A stretch of DNA of 39,454 nucleotides from an uncultured Mycoplasmatota bacterium. GTDB lineage: Bacteria; Bacillota_I; Bacilli_A; RF39; UBA660. The notes below the pieces were generated by a model, which was not told the DNA's origin, ran no database searches, and saw only the letters and a list, made by a program, of their open reading frames with translations. Of the stretch, positions 8,900-18,107 are shown one piece after another. Positions within the stretch are counted from its first letter, which is position 1, and the number at the start of each line of letters is the position of its first letter. The position numbers and the translations under genes were made by a program. The stretch lies in the NCBI GenBank assembly GCA_900552975.1, contig UWSL01000002.1:1-39454 (forward strand). Reading direction: 5' to 3'.

Positions 8900-10012
8900 A
8901 TGACTAGTAAAAATTATGAAAAAGATTTGGTTGATTTTTTAGCTAATAATTTTACAAATGGTGTTATAAAAATGAAAAAAAATGCACCAGAAGCTAAATA
9001 TTTAGAAAAGGCACAAAATGTTATATTGTCAGATTTAACTGGCGAAGAACAATATAGTTTTTATAAGCCTTATTTTACAACAACACAAAATCAGCGTTAT
9101 TTAACACAAGCTGTACCGGCTAAAGCTAAGAGTGCGTGTGTTATTTTAGGTGCTGGTGATACAACTTTTCAACTAATATCACAAGGAGTTAAGGATATTA
9201 CAGCTTTAGAAAATAACGATTTACAAATATTAACTTATTATTTAAGATTAGCAGCAATTAAAGGATTGTCTAATAGTGAATTTGAAGATTTTTTATTGGA
9301 TTGTAATGGGATTAATTTTTTGTCTTTAGAAAATTTTAATAAAGTAAAAGAATATTTTGACTCTGATAAAATAGTCGAGAGAGACTTTTGGGAAAAGTTT
9401 TTACAACTTAATCCGATTGAAGATATTAAAAGCTCATATATAAAAGGTGGTTTAGAACAAAATGATTTGTTTTTTGTTCGTTATGCGTTGCCTTATTTAA
9501 GCAAAAAAGGTAAATATTATGCATTAAGAGATAAAATTGCTCAAGCAAAATTGCAAATTCAATTAACTGATGCTATTGAATATCTGTTGAATGCGAATGA
9601 TAAATTTGATTATATTGATATTACTAATATTTTGTTTACGATGTTTCAAAATGAATATGATTGTAATCCTGAAAAATTTAATGAATGTGTGGAAAAATTA
9701 AAGGTGATATATGAAAAAAAATTAAATAGCGGTGGAACTTTTGTAATGGATTATGTATTTGGAATGTCTAAGAAAGAAATGGAACGTGTTATTGATATTT
9801 CAGCTTTGGTTAATAAAGAATTTTTAAGAGAGTTAGATCCATTGGAACGTTTGAAAAAGAAACAAGAATTTGTAAAAGCTATTAATGCAACAATTTTTAA
9901 TAAATTAAACCAAGAGTTTTCAATTGATACATTTGAGGTACAATCTTCTAAAATTTCTGTTACATCATTAGATGGAGCATGTGACACAGTTGTATTAGCT
10001 AGAAAAAGATAG
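8900..10012 (+). CDS. Uncharacterised protein with a DUF3419/BtaA-like (SAM-dependent transferase fold) N-terminal half
   Basis: GGGGGA RBS. ACVILGAGDTTFQLISQGVKDITALENNDLQILTYYLRLAAIKGLSNSEFEDFL ... DFWEKFL follows the DUF3419 pattern (vLsItSaGcNaLdyL...vDlNpaQnaLLeLKlaAi..L.yeeF..fF ... FW). Assigned by eye. Confidence 0.45.
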   Translation: MTSKNYEKDLVDFLANNFTNGVIKMKKNAPEAKYLEKAQNVILSDLTGEEQYSFYKPYFTTTQNQRYLTQAVPAKAKSACVILGAGDTTFQLISQGVKDITALENNDLQILTYYLRLAAIKGLSNSEFEDFLLDCNGINFLSLENFNKVKEYFDSDKIVERDFWEKFLQLNPIEDIKSSYIKGGLEQNDLFFVRYALPYLSKKGKYYALRDKIAQAKLQIQLTDAIEYLLNANDKFDYIDITNILFTMFQNEYDCNPEKFNECVEKLKVIYEKKLNSGGTFVMDYVFGMSKKEMERVIDISALVNKEFLRELDPLERLKKKQEFVKAINATIFNKLNQEFSIDTFEVQSSKISVTSLDGACDTVVLARKR

Positions 10013-10091
10013 TGTCAAAAAGTTTAATAGTTTATTATTATTAGACTTTTTTTTGTTTTCTTATGATATTATAAAAAGAGAAAGTGATATT

Positions 10092-11585
10092 ATGAACCCT
10101 TTTAAATTTTTTAAAAAAAATAAAGAATCGTTTGTTGAATATACAGAAGAATTAAATGAAAAAGAAAAAGTTTTTAGTAAACCTAATGTAGTATTTGATT
10201 TTCCGGATGGGGAACTTGTTAATATATCTGACGAGATTATAGATACAGAAGATGAAGAGATGATTGCTAAGTTTAAACATAATTTACAAGTTATAAAAGA
10301 TCAAATTATTAGTACTGGAAATACTTCAAATTTTTTTCTGATTAGAGAAGATGACGAACTGCCTAATAATTGGCAATGGGAAATGTTATCAAAAAATACT
10401 AAATTAGAAGAAGTTATGCTCCCTTTATCACAAGAGATTCGTAAAAGATTAGCTTTAAAAGATTATCAAGAACGTTATGGAAATGTTGATAATATATTTG
10501 GTTATGATTTTTATGGGTATGATAATGAAAAATTTAATGAGATATTACGCAGAATTCCAAAGAATCTTGGGAAGGTTATGTTGCCTAGTCATTTTCGTTC
10601 TACTAAACATTTTACAATTAATACACCACTTGAAAATACAGGTGATTATAATTTTGTTACAGGAGAACGTAACTTTATAATATTAGATAATATGGAAAAT
10701 TTTATTAATTCTGGATATGGATATTCTATTTCGTATCATGATGCATATTTGGATGTATCGCATGAAAGCTTAAATATTTCAAAGTCGGCAATAGTTTTAA
10801 TAAATGGAGATAAATATCAAGAATTAATTAAAAACGAAAAAGTTGCTGAACAGTTAAAGAGAAGAAAAGTTATTTTATATCGAGGAGAGACCCAAGTAGC
10901 AATAAATATGCTTTTAAGTCAGTTAGGGGCGATGTCTTTCAGAGTTGGTGGAAAGTATATAGAATATGATTCTAAGATGAATGATATTATGACAAATAGT
11001 TTGAAGAAGATAGCTAGAGATAATAATTTATTATATGATAAAAGTCATGGTGGAACATTTTCACCAAGTGGTGGACATTTTACTGACTATTATGATGAAA
11101 TGAATAAAGATTATACATATAATTTAATGACTTTTTATAATTTTTTATTGCGAAGATTTCCTAATTGTGGTTTAACTTTACGAGATTTAGAGAAAAATAA
11201 TGAGTTTAAGATAGAAAAATTTTTTGATCAAGTTGGTGTTGACAATATTTTGGAAGTTATTGAAAGTTATAATAAAATAGTAGAACTTGATTATATGGAG
11301 AGATATCAGCATTATTTAGAAGATAGAAAGTTTGTTGATTTTAATATTCATAAACTTTTTACTTTGACTGTACAAAAATTAAATGAGTTTTTTATGATGG
11401 AAAATAGTTTATCTTTGGAAGAGGAACAGAAATTGAATGAATTAATTATTAATTTTTATCAGTCTTTTAATGTAAAAAAAGAAATTCAAACAGCCAAAGA
11501 AATCTTAGCTTTTTTAGAAAAAAAATGGAATTTCGATGATGTAGTAGATAAGGAAAGGTCTGCCGTTAATGGAATGAGAATATAA
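10092..11585 (+). CDS. Hypothetical protein (497 aa), no recognisable family
   Basis: Long ORF. ATG at 10092 (MNPFKFFKK) is preferred over the TTG at 10053. The N-terminus is acidic. The central region contains LPSHFRSTKHFTINTPL ... GERNFIILD ... YHDAYLDVSHE. Confidence 0.6.
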   Translation: MNPFKFFKKNKESFVEYTEELNEKEKVFSKPNVVFDFPDGELVNISDEIIDTEDEEMIAKFKHNLQVIKDQIISTGNTSNFFLIREDDELPNNWQWEMLSKNTKLEEVMLPLSQEIRKRLALKDYQERYGNVDNIFGYDFYGYDNEKFNEILRRIPKNLGKVMLPSHFRSTKHFTINTPLENTGDYNFVTGERNFIILDNMENFINSGYGYSISYHDAYLDVSHESLNISKSAIVLINGDKYQELIKNEKVAEQLKRRKVILYRGETQVAINMLLSQLGAMSFRVGGKYIEYDSKMNDIMTNSLKKIARDNNLLYDKSHGGTFSPSGGHFTDYYDEMNKDYTYNLMTFYNFLLRRFPNCGLTLRDLEKNNEFKIEKFFDQVGVDNILEVIESYNKIVELDYMERYQHYLEDRKFVDFNIHKLFTLTVQKLNEFFMMENSLSLEEEQKLNELIINFYQSFNVKKEIQTAKEILAFLEKKWNFDDVVDKERSAVNGMRI

Positions 11586-11641
11586 TTTTAATACAAATTT
11601 ATTATATTATGGTAGAATATATCAATATTAGGGGGATTTTT

Positions 11642-12556
11642 ATGGATAAATATAATGAATTAGTTCGTAAAGAAGTAGATGATAGGATTACTGATTTACA
11701 GGTTAAAAATGGTTATTCTGTAAAGGAAGCTATAAGTTTTTATATGGATGAACTATATCAAAAGTTTGATAATGTTAGTTCAGTTATAAAAGATGAGTAT
11801 TCTTTATATAAAAATGTGTTTATTGGTGTACTTTTTATAGATGCTTATAAATTTTATTCTTATAAAACCAAAGTTCATTTGGCAACTGATGTAGATAAGG
11901 ATGTTTTCTTTCAATTGTATAATTTTGAAGATATGGATGACCTTCTATCAGAAATTAGTGCAAATCCTAATTTATTTGGGTACATGCTTAATGCAACGTA
12001 TAGCTTTTATAATATGGACAAACTTGGTAAACAAATGGTTTTGGATTCTTTAGCTTCATCAGAAAATGAATATTTGATGGGAATATTTAATCCGCACCAA
12101 TATGATGTATTAAAAAAACAAGATGAATTAAATATAGAAAATATAGTTTTTTATTTTAGAAGACAACAATTATATATGCAAAAAATCATGGAAATTGATT
12201 TTGATGATGAAGTTATATGGGAAATTATAAGTTATCTTAAATATGTGAGTATTGATAAAAAAGATGAAGTAGTAGCTTTTTATAAAGAATTAATGATAGC
12301 TGATTATAAGATGATTTGTAAAATTTTAAAAAGTGAAAATGATAAAGAACTTCAAAAAAGACTAAAATTTTATTCATGTAACGATATGCAGACTATTATG
12401 AATGAAATGAGCTTTAATCAAGATTTCTTATTTGATGTTTTGAAAAATTACATTGATGTAGTAGTTAATTTGAAAGTACCTGAATTTGACGTAGATAGTA
12501 TTAATGAACTAGATGAGAAAGATGAAGAAACTTTAAAAAAATTGTTAAAAGTGTGA
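11642..12556 (+). CDS. Hypothetical protein (304 aa), helical, acidic C-terminus
   Basis: ATG at 11642 is directly preceded by TTAGGGGGATTTTT, the same 14-nt initiation region as the gene at 8900. I recognise no family. Confidence 0.6.
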   Translation: MDKYNELVRKEVDDRITDLQVKNGYSVKEAISFYMDELYQKFDNVSSVIKDEYSLYKNVFIGVLFIDAYKFYSYKTKVHLATDVDKDVFFQLYNFEDMDDLLSEISANPNLFGYMLNATYSFYNMDKLGKQMVLDSLASSENEYLMGIFNPHQYDVLKKQDELNIENIVFYFRRQQLYMQKIMEIDFDDEVIWEIISYLKYVSIDKKDEVVAFYKELMIADYKMICKILKSENDKELQKRLKFYSCNDMQTIMNEMSFNQDFLFDVLKNYIDVVVNLKVPEFDVDSINELDEKDEETLKKLLKV

Positions 12557-12647
12557 TTTGTAATATTTTTTTATAGAAATAAATTTGAAAGAATTATTAA
12601 AAAATTATTAAGGTATTGTTATTAGGCAAAGTGCAGGTGTACTTAAT

Positions 12648-12992
12648 ATGGCTGATAAAGTTTTTAATAGTCTGGAAGAACAATAAATTTCAGAACCGTT
12701 TTTTTATGACGGCTTAGGTCTTACAAATATAAATATAGAACAAAATTTTGTTTATGACACTTTAAACTTTGATGATAATGAAAAATATCAAAGAGATGCA
12801 ATTATGAAAGAATCATTCAATCGACCTATTTATGGTCAATCTAATGAAAGTCATATTTTTATAGATAATAATGATATTGCTACAATATATGGTGAAACAT
12901 ATTTAATTCATAATGGCGATATTGGATATATTTGTAAAAATGGAAGGAATATTATAATAAATAATGTAATTGAAGATAAAAAAATGAAATAG
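12648..12992 (+). pseudogene. Small gene (~114 codons) interrupted by an in-frame TAA
   Basis: ATG at 12648 gives MADKVFNSLEEQ, then TAA (12684-12686). The same frame then continues ISEPFFYDGLGLTNINIEQNFVYDTLNFDDNEKYQRDAIMKESFNRPIYGQ... to the stop at 12990-12992. The track ORF 12804-12992 is the in-frame tail. Confidence 0.4.
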
Positions 12993-13065
12993 GGAGAAAA
13001 TTACTAATATATTGTTAAGAACGTATGGAATTTGTTGTATAGGCGACGTATGGTATTAGTATAGG

Positions 13066-14309
13066 TATACAGACACAAAAGCGTGGATAATGTTAAAATA
13101 ACAAGAAACGAAAGGAGTGTCTATATTGGCTAAAGGGCAAACATTTGATGAGGACTTTAAAAAAACAATTGTTGATTTATATATTAGTAAAAAGCCAGCA
13201 TCTGAGATTACTCGTGAATATGGCATAAGTAGTTCAGTACTTTATAAATGGGTAAAACTTTACTCACCTATAAAAACTGAAGATGGAACAGTTACGACTA
13301 ATAAGGAATTCCAAAAGCTAAAGAAGAAAATGAAATATTAAAAAAAGCAATTGCCATATTCACGCAGAAATAAAAGACAAAATAAACTTTATTGATGAAA
13401 ACAAAAGTAAATATGATGTAAGAACTTTATGTAAAATATAAAATATTCATCATTCAGTTTATTATTATCATTGTAATCACAGAGAAGAAAATAGGTATTA
13501 AAAAGCCAATAGTGAGTTAAATATTAAAATCTTAAAAATCTATCAAGAATCAAAATGTAGGTATGGTTCACCCAAAATAACTAAAGTATTAAATAATGTG
13601 GGTATGAAAGTAAGTCAAAAAAGAGTTGTCAAAAGAATGAAAATACTTGGACTTAGGAGTATAACAGTTAAGAAATATAATTAAGCTGGAAGTTCTAAAA
13701 CAGATAATACAAAAGAATATCCCAACATATTAGGACAAAATTTTAATGCAGATAACCCTGGGCAAAAATGGGTTGGAGATATCACTTATATTTATATAAA
13801 AGAAACAGGTTAGACATATTTAGCTATTGTAATGGATTTATTTGATTTAAAAATAATCGGTTGGAGTTATGGTCTTAATATTAATGAAAATTTAGTTATT
13901 GGTGCTTTTAACAAAGCAAAAAGAAACAGAATGCTTTCTAAAGATGCAATATTTCATTCTGATCGTGGAAGCCAATATACATCAAACAAATTTGAAAAAG
14001 TTCTTAGTGATAATATCATTAAACATTTTTATAGTAAAAAAGGTTGCCCTTATGATAATGCAAGTATGGAAAGTTTCAATGTCATATAAAAAAAAGAAGA
14101 AGTCAATGTAAATAATTATGAAACATTTAATGAAGCAAAGATGGCTATATTTGAATTTATCGAGTCATGGTATAACAATATTAGGATTCATTCTAAATTT
14201 AATTATCAAACGCCAAGTCAAAAATATAACAATTATGTTTCAAATATGGTTCTTGCTTAATCAGTGATTATATTGCGTTGTGATTTGTCCACGAAAGTGT
14301 GTCTAAAAA
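13066..14309 (+). mobile_element. Decayed IS3-family (IS150-like) insertion sequence
   Basis: Imperfect terminal inverted repeats: AGACACAAAAGCGTGGATAA (13071-13090) against the reverse complement of TTGTCCACGAAAGTGTGTCT (14285-14304), 15/20 identical. The left tip TATACAG resembles the IS150 TGTACTG. The element encloses an orfA/orfB transposase with an A-AAA-AAA-G slippery site (13340-13347). Outer boundaries are +/- ~5 nt. Confidence 0.75.
13117..14260 (+). pseudogene. IS3-family transposase orfAB, inactivated by one frameshift and five nonsense codons
   Basis: orfA has an HTH (KPASEITREYGISSSVLYKWVK). The leucine-zipper end ENEILKKAIAIFTQK* is now in a different frame (about 1 nt lost near 13320-13325). 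In the orfB frame, in-frame stops occur at 13439, 13499, 13682, 13811 and 14087. DDE motifs are still legible: QKWVGDITYI, FHSDRGSQYTS, YDNASMESF, then IRIHSKFNYQTP. Confidence 0.85.
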
Positions 14310-14310
14310 T

Positions 14311-14339
14311 TTGACATAGATTCAAAATGGATATACAAT
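14311..14339 (+). promoter_or_regulatory. Near-consensus sigma-A promoter abutting the right IS end
   Basis: TTGACA (14311-14316), 17-nt spacer, TACAAT (14334-14339). It lies ~90 nt upstream of the ATG at 14427. Confidence 0.5.
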
Positions 14340-14426
14340 TTTAAAAGAAGTGGATTACAATTATTTTAATTAAAGTTTATATAGTAGTTTACGAATATAT
14401 TTTATTTAAGAAGGTTGGAGGAGAAT

Positions 14427-15407
14427 ATGGGTTTTTTAGATAAATTTAGAAAAAAGGGTATAAGTGTAAAGAATAAAGATTTAAATACTAGTGTTATATC
14501 ACCAAAACAAGAAAAAGGAGAAAAAACAGAAGAGTTTCTAAAAAAAAAATATAATTCTATAATAACTGTTCAGAAAAATATTTTAAAAGAATCTGAAATT
14601 TCATATCATGATTTTTGTAATTTAACATTAGAAGAGATAAATGATTTGGAATTTCAAATAAAAAAAAGAGGGATTGATACATTAAAAGATAAAATTATTA
14701 GAATTCGTAATCAAATTGATGGAAAAATAATGTTTGATGAGGATTTGTCTTTTTTGAAAGAAATAGAACCAGAAATAAAAAAGAATATTGTTGAGGAAAT
14801 AAATAATAAAAGCATAGAAATTAATTATAGCATGGAGATAATAACGGTTACTAAAATATGTAATAATATTGTTGAAATTTATAATAAAGTAAATGGTTTA
14901 ACATCATGGATAAAGATTAAATTAAATCGTTGTCAAGATAGATTATCTTTATTAGGAATGTCAAGTCAATTTGATAATATTAAAAGAAATATATTAATAT
15001 TATTTGATAATTATTTAGTTGAAAAATATTCTGTTGCTGAGCTAAGTTATAAAGTTGAAAATTTATTTAAGTCAATTGATGTTGATCTAAAAAAACAGAT
15101 TGATCTAAAAAAACAGGAAGAAGCTAATTTGAAAAAGTTTAATACAGAAGTTGACGCAACAATAACATCATATTTGGATAGTAGTATTGATGATATAAAT
15201 ATTGATGAGATTAATAAGTATCATTTAGAAATAGCTCAAGAAAAGTTAGACAAAATAAGTAAAGGTGATTTTAGTGAAAAATTATCATTTAATGAAATTA
15301 AATTGCTATATGATAATTCTTTAATAACTGAAGAAGAATTGTCGAATTTAGAAACTATGGGATATGATTTGTCATTTCTTAGTAATGAAGGAACGAAAAA
15401 ACTTTAG
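14427..15407 (+). CDS. Hypothetical Lys/Glu/Ile-rich, probably coiled-coil protein (326 aa)
   Basis: ATG at 14427 lies 4 nt after GGAGGAG; the track TTG at 14415 overlaps the RBS. It contains an 18-nt tandem duplication (GATCTAAAAAAACAGATT GATCTAAAAAAACAGGAA, ~15084-15119) encoding DLKKQIDLKKQ. No family recognised. Confidence 0.6.
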   Translation: MGFLDKFRKKGISVKNKDLNTSVISPKQEKGEKTEEFLKKKYNSIITVQKNILKESEISYHDFCNLTLEEINDLEFQIKKRGIDTLKDKIIRIRNQIDGKIMFDEDLSFLKEIEPEIKKNIVEEINNKSIEINYSMEIITVTKICNNIVEIYNKVNGLTSWIKIKLNRCQDRLSLLGMSSQFDNIKRNILILFDNYLVEKYSVAELSYKVENLFKSIDVDLKKQIDLKKQEEANLKKFNTEVDATITSYLDSSIDDINIDEINKYHLEIAQEKLDKISKGDFSEKLSFNEIKLLYDNSLITEEELSNLETMGYDLSFLSNEGTKKL

Positions 15408-15442
15408 TTATATTATAAAAATATAAATTGGAAGCTATTAAA

Positions 15443-15565
15443 ATGAGTAAGAAAAGTAATAAAGGAATTATTATATTAATGGGAGTAATAATAGTAATAC
15501 TTGTAGTACTATGCTTCTTATTTGCAACAAATACAATAACTTTTAATCGGTTCTTTGTCAAATAG
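15443..15565 (+). CDS. 40-aa single-TM ORF, possibly a truncated membrane-anchor remnant
   Basis: ATG at 15443 to TAG at 15563-15565 gives MSKKSNKGIIILMGVIIVILVVLCFLFATNTITFNRFFVK. The basic N-terminus plus one TM helix matches the start of the 37495 protein (MKKSNKKKK...TM). There is no clear RBS, and it falls below the ORF-track size cutoff. Confidence 0.25.
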   Translation: MSKKSNKGIIILMGVIIVILVVLCFLFATNTITFNRFFVK

Positions 15566-15607
15566 TGTTGGTAGACAATAAATTTGATAAATGAATCTAT
15601 AATGAAG

Positions 15608-15628
15608 AGTGATGAAAATCACTTTTTT
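15608..15628 (+). terminator. Terminator-like hairpin
   Basis: AGTGAT-gaaa-ATCACT followed by T6. Confidence 0.45.
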
Positions 15629-15850
15629 ATAATGCCCTTAATTAAGAAAACACGAACAATAAAATGATCATATTTCCTGTAATCAATAGCAATTCTTTTT
15701 ATTGTTTTAATAAATTGTTTGTTCCTTCAACTCGCTCATTATTAATATCATAGTTAAATGAATTAACAGTATTTTAATTAAAAAATAGATGATAATAGTA
15801 ACAGGGTATTTTGGCGATTATCTTGCTTTTTTCAAGGTAAAAATGATAAA
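15620..15850 (-). pseudogene. C-terminal remnant of an ISL3-family-like transposase
   Basis: The reverse complement reads ...LEKSKIIAKIPCYYYHLFFN*NTVNSFNYDINNERVEGTNNL, then after a frameshift IKTIKRIAIDYRKYDHFIVRVFLIKGIIKK*. This matches the conserved ISL3 tail pattern (tNgxxEGxNNkIKxiKRxayGyRnfxxFrxRil) with one stop and one frameshift. Confidence 0.45.
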
Positions 15851-16064
15851 ATAATATAACAAAAACGTCATTAAATGTTATTTAGTGTTATTTAGTCCAG
15901 AAAATAAAATTTGTGACTTTCATTCGTCCAGAAGAAAAAAATATCAATTTAACCATAAAATTATAAGTCGTAAGGACGAATTTAGGGACTAATAGTTGAC
16001 TGACAGTTATCTTTTAAAAACTTATAAAAAAGTCACAGAAAGTTATAAAGGAGAGAAGAAAATT

Positions 16065-18020
16065 ATGTTTAAATTACACGCACCGTACGAACCATCGGGC
16101 GACCAACCAGAAGCAATTAAAGAACTTGTTGAAGGAATTAAAAAAGGAAAGAAAGAACAAGTTTTATTAGGAGCAACTGGTACAGGTAAAACTTTTACGA
16201 TAGCAAATGTTATTGCCGAAGTTAATAAACCAACATTAGTATTGGCTCATAACAAAACTTTAGCAGGGCAACTTTATTCAGAGTTTAAAGAGTTGTTTCC
16301 TAATAACCATGTAGAGTACTTTGTATCTTATTATGATTATTATCAGCCAGAAGCTTATGTTCCACAAAGTGATACTTATATTGAAAAAGATGCTTCAATA
16401 AATGATGAGATAGATGAGCTTCGTCATGGGGCAACAAGTGCTTTAATAAATAATCGTGATGTTATAGTAGTTGCTTCCGTGTCTTGTATCTATGGTATTG
16501 GTGAAAAAGAAGAATACGAAAAAATGATGCTAACAGTAGAGGTTGGTCAAACAATAAAGAGAAATGAAATAATAAATAAACTTGTTGATATGACATATGA
16601 AAGAAGTGACTTGGATTTCCATCGTGGAACTTTTAGAGTTAGAGGCGATAGTATAGATATAATACCAGTAAATGAGAAGTCTAATGGTATTAAAATTGAA
16701 TTGTTTGGAGATGAAGTTGATCGTATAGTAACTTTTGATCCGCTAACTGGAACAGTTATTCAAAATAAAAAAACAATAAGTATTTTTCCGGCATCTCACT
16801 TTGTGACGGGTCCAGAAAAGATGCAAGAAGCTATTAAACGTATTGAGAAAGAGCTTGCAGAACGTTTAAAAGTATTACACGAAAATAATAAATTACTCGA
16901 AGAGCAAAGATTGAAAGAAAGAACTAATTATGATTTGGAAATGTTAAAAGAAACAGGTTTTTGTAATGGTGTTGAAAATTATTCGCGTCATTTAGCGTTA
17001 CGTGAAGAAGGGGAAACACCTTCTTGTTTAATAGATTTCTTTCCTAAAGACTTCTTACTTGTTGTTGATGAATCACATGTTACTTTACCACAAGTAAGAG
17101 GAATGTATAATGGCGATAGAATGCGTAAGCAGACTTTGGTTGATTACGGTTTTCGTCTTCCAAGTGCTTTAGATAATAGGCCTTTAAAATATGATGAGTT
17201 TGAAAGTAAAATAAATCAAGCAATTTACATATCAGCGACTCCAGGTGATTATGAATTAGAAAAAGTTAATCAACATTTTGTTGAGCAAATAATTAGACCG
17301 ACTGGTTTACTTGATCCAACTATTGAGGTTAAGGGGACAGATGGACAAATTGATGATATTATTGAACAAATTAATTTACGTAAAGAAAAAAATGAACGTG
17401 TTTTAATTACGACTTTGACAATTCGAATGGCTGAAGAATTAACAAATTATTTAAAAGATGTTGGGATTAAAGTGGCTTATTTACATAGTGAAATTAAAAC
17501 TTTGGAACGATTAAAGATAATTCAAGAATTGCGTATGGGTAAGTATGATTGTGTAGTTGGGATTAATTTGTTACGTGAAGGTATAGATATACCGGAAGTA
17601 AGTTTAATAGCAATTATGGATGCTGATAAACAAGGCTTTTTACGTAGTACGAGAAGCTTAATCCAAACGATAGGGCGTGCAGCAAGAAATGAAAATGGAC
17701 ATGTTATTATGTATGCTGATAATATGAGCGAAGCTATGAGTGAAGCGATAAGTGAAACTCTAAGAAGACGAAAAATTCAAGAAGAATATAACTTAAAACA
17801 TGGTATTGTTCCACATACAATTATTAAAGAAATAAGAGAAGTTGTTAGCAATGATATAGCAGATGTTAAGAAAGATAAGGGAAATATTAAACGTTCTAAA
17901 AAGGAACAACAAGAAATTATTGCTAAGATAGAAAAAGAAATGAAAGAAGCCGCTAAAGCACTAGATTTTGAAAGAGCTATGGAACTTCGTGATATTTTGT
18001 TTGAACTGAAAAGTGAATGA
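16065..18020 (+). CDS. uvrB: Excinuclease ABC subunit B
   Basis: ATG at 16065 follows [26 protein letters not shown] is the canonical UvrB N-terminus; the track TTG at 15996 is an upstream extension. Motifs: GATGTGKT Walker A, DESH box, beta-hairpin [10 protein letters not shown], and the C-terminal UVR domain ([12 protein letters not shown]). Confidence 0.97.
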   Translation: MFKLHAPYEPSGDQPEAIKELVEGIKKGKKEQVLLGATGTGKTFTIANVIAEVNKPTLVLAHNKTLAGQLYSEFKELFPNNHVEYFVSYYDYYQPEAYVPQSDTYIEKDASINDEIDELRHGATSALINNRDVIVVASVSCIYGIGEKEEYEKMMLTVEVGQTIKRNEIINKLVDMTYERSDLDFHRGTFRVRGDSIDIIPVNEKSNGIKIELFGDEVDRIVTFDPLTGTVIQNKKTISIFPASHFVTGPEKMQEAIKRIEKELAERLKVLHENNKLLEEQRLKERTNYDLEMLKETGFCNGVENYSRHLALREEGETPSCLIDFFPKDFLLVVDESHVTLPQVRGMYNGDRMRKQTLVDYGFRLPSALDNRPLKYDEFESKINQAIYISATPGDYELEKVNQHFVEQIIRPTGLLDPTIEVKGTDGQIDDIIEQINLRKEKNERVLITTLTIRMAEELTNYLKDVGIKVAYLHSEIKTLERLKIIQELRMGKYDCVVGINLLREGIDIPEVSLIAIMDADKQGFLRSTRSLIQTIGRAARNENGHVIMYADNMSEAMSEAISETLRRRKIQEEYNLKHGIVPHTIIKEIREVVSNDIADVKKDKGNIKRSKKEQQEIIAKIEKEMKEAAKALDFERAMELRDILFELKSE

Positions 18021-18049
18021 AAAGAGTAAGGCTTTGGCCTTCTTTTTGT

Positions 18050-18078
18050 TTGCGTAAATTAACTGTCAGTGTTATAAT
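18050..18078 (+). promoter_or_regulatory. Promoter (extended -10) for the 18108 gene
   Basis: TTGCGT (18050-18055), 17-nt spacer, TGtTATAAT (-10 at 18073-18078). Confidence 0.5.
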
Positions 18079-18107
18079 AGCTAACCATTAAAAAGGGGCG
18101 TTTTATT

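Noticed and set aside
13832-14089. ORF 13832-14089 as an independent 85-aa gene
   Set aside because: It is the in-frame middle piece of the decayed IS3 orfB (HSDRGSQYTS...NASMESF), bounded by nonsense codons. It is not a separate gene.
15084-15119. Tandem repeat GATCTAAAAAAACAG(ATT/GAA) as a possible CRISPR or regulatory repeat
   Set aside because: There are only two copies, both in frame inside a coding region (DLKKQIDLKKQ). This is a simple intragenic duplication. No CRISPR-like array exists anywhere in the window.
15999-18070. The 9-bp palindrome ACTGWCAGT occurs upstream of uvrB (15999-16007) and in the promoter spacer of the next gene (18062-18070), forming an 11-nt inverted repeat TAACTGTCAGT that flanks uvrB
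   Set aside because: An 11-mer inverted match is expected by chance many times in 39 kb of AT-rich DNA. No transposase or target duplication is associated with it. No convincing -10 is correctly spaced from the first copy. It is worth a genome-wide motif count but is not supportable as an operator or mobile-element end from this window alone.
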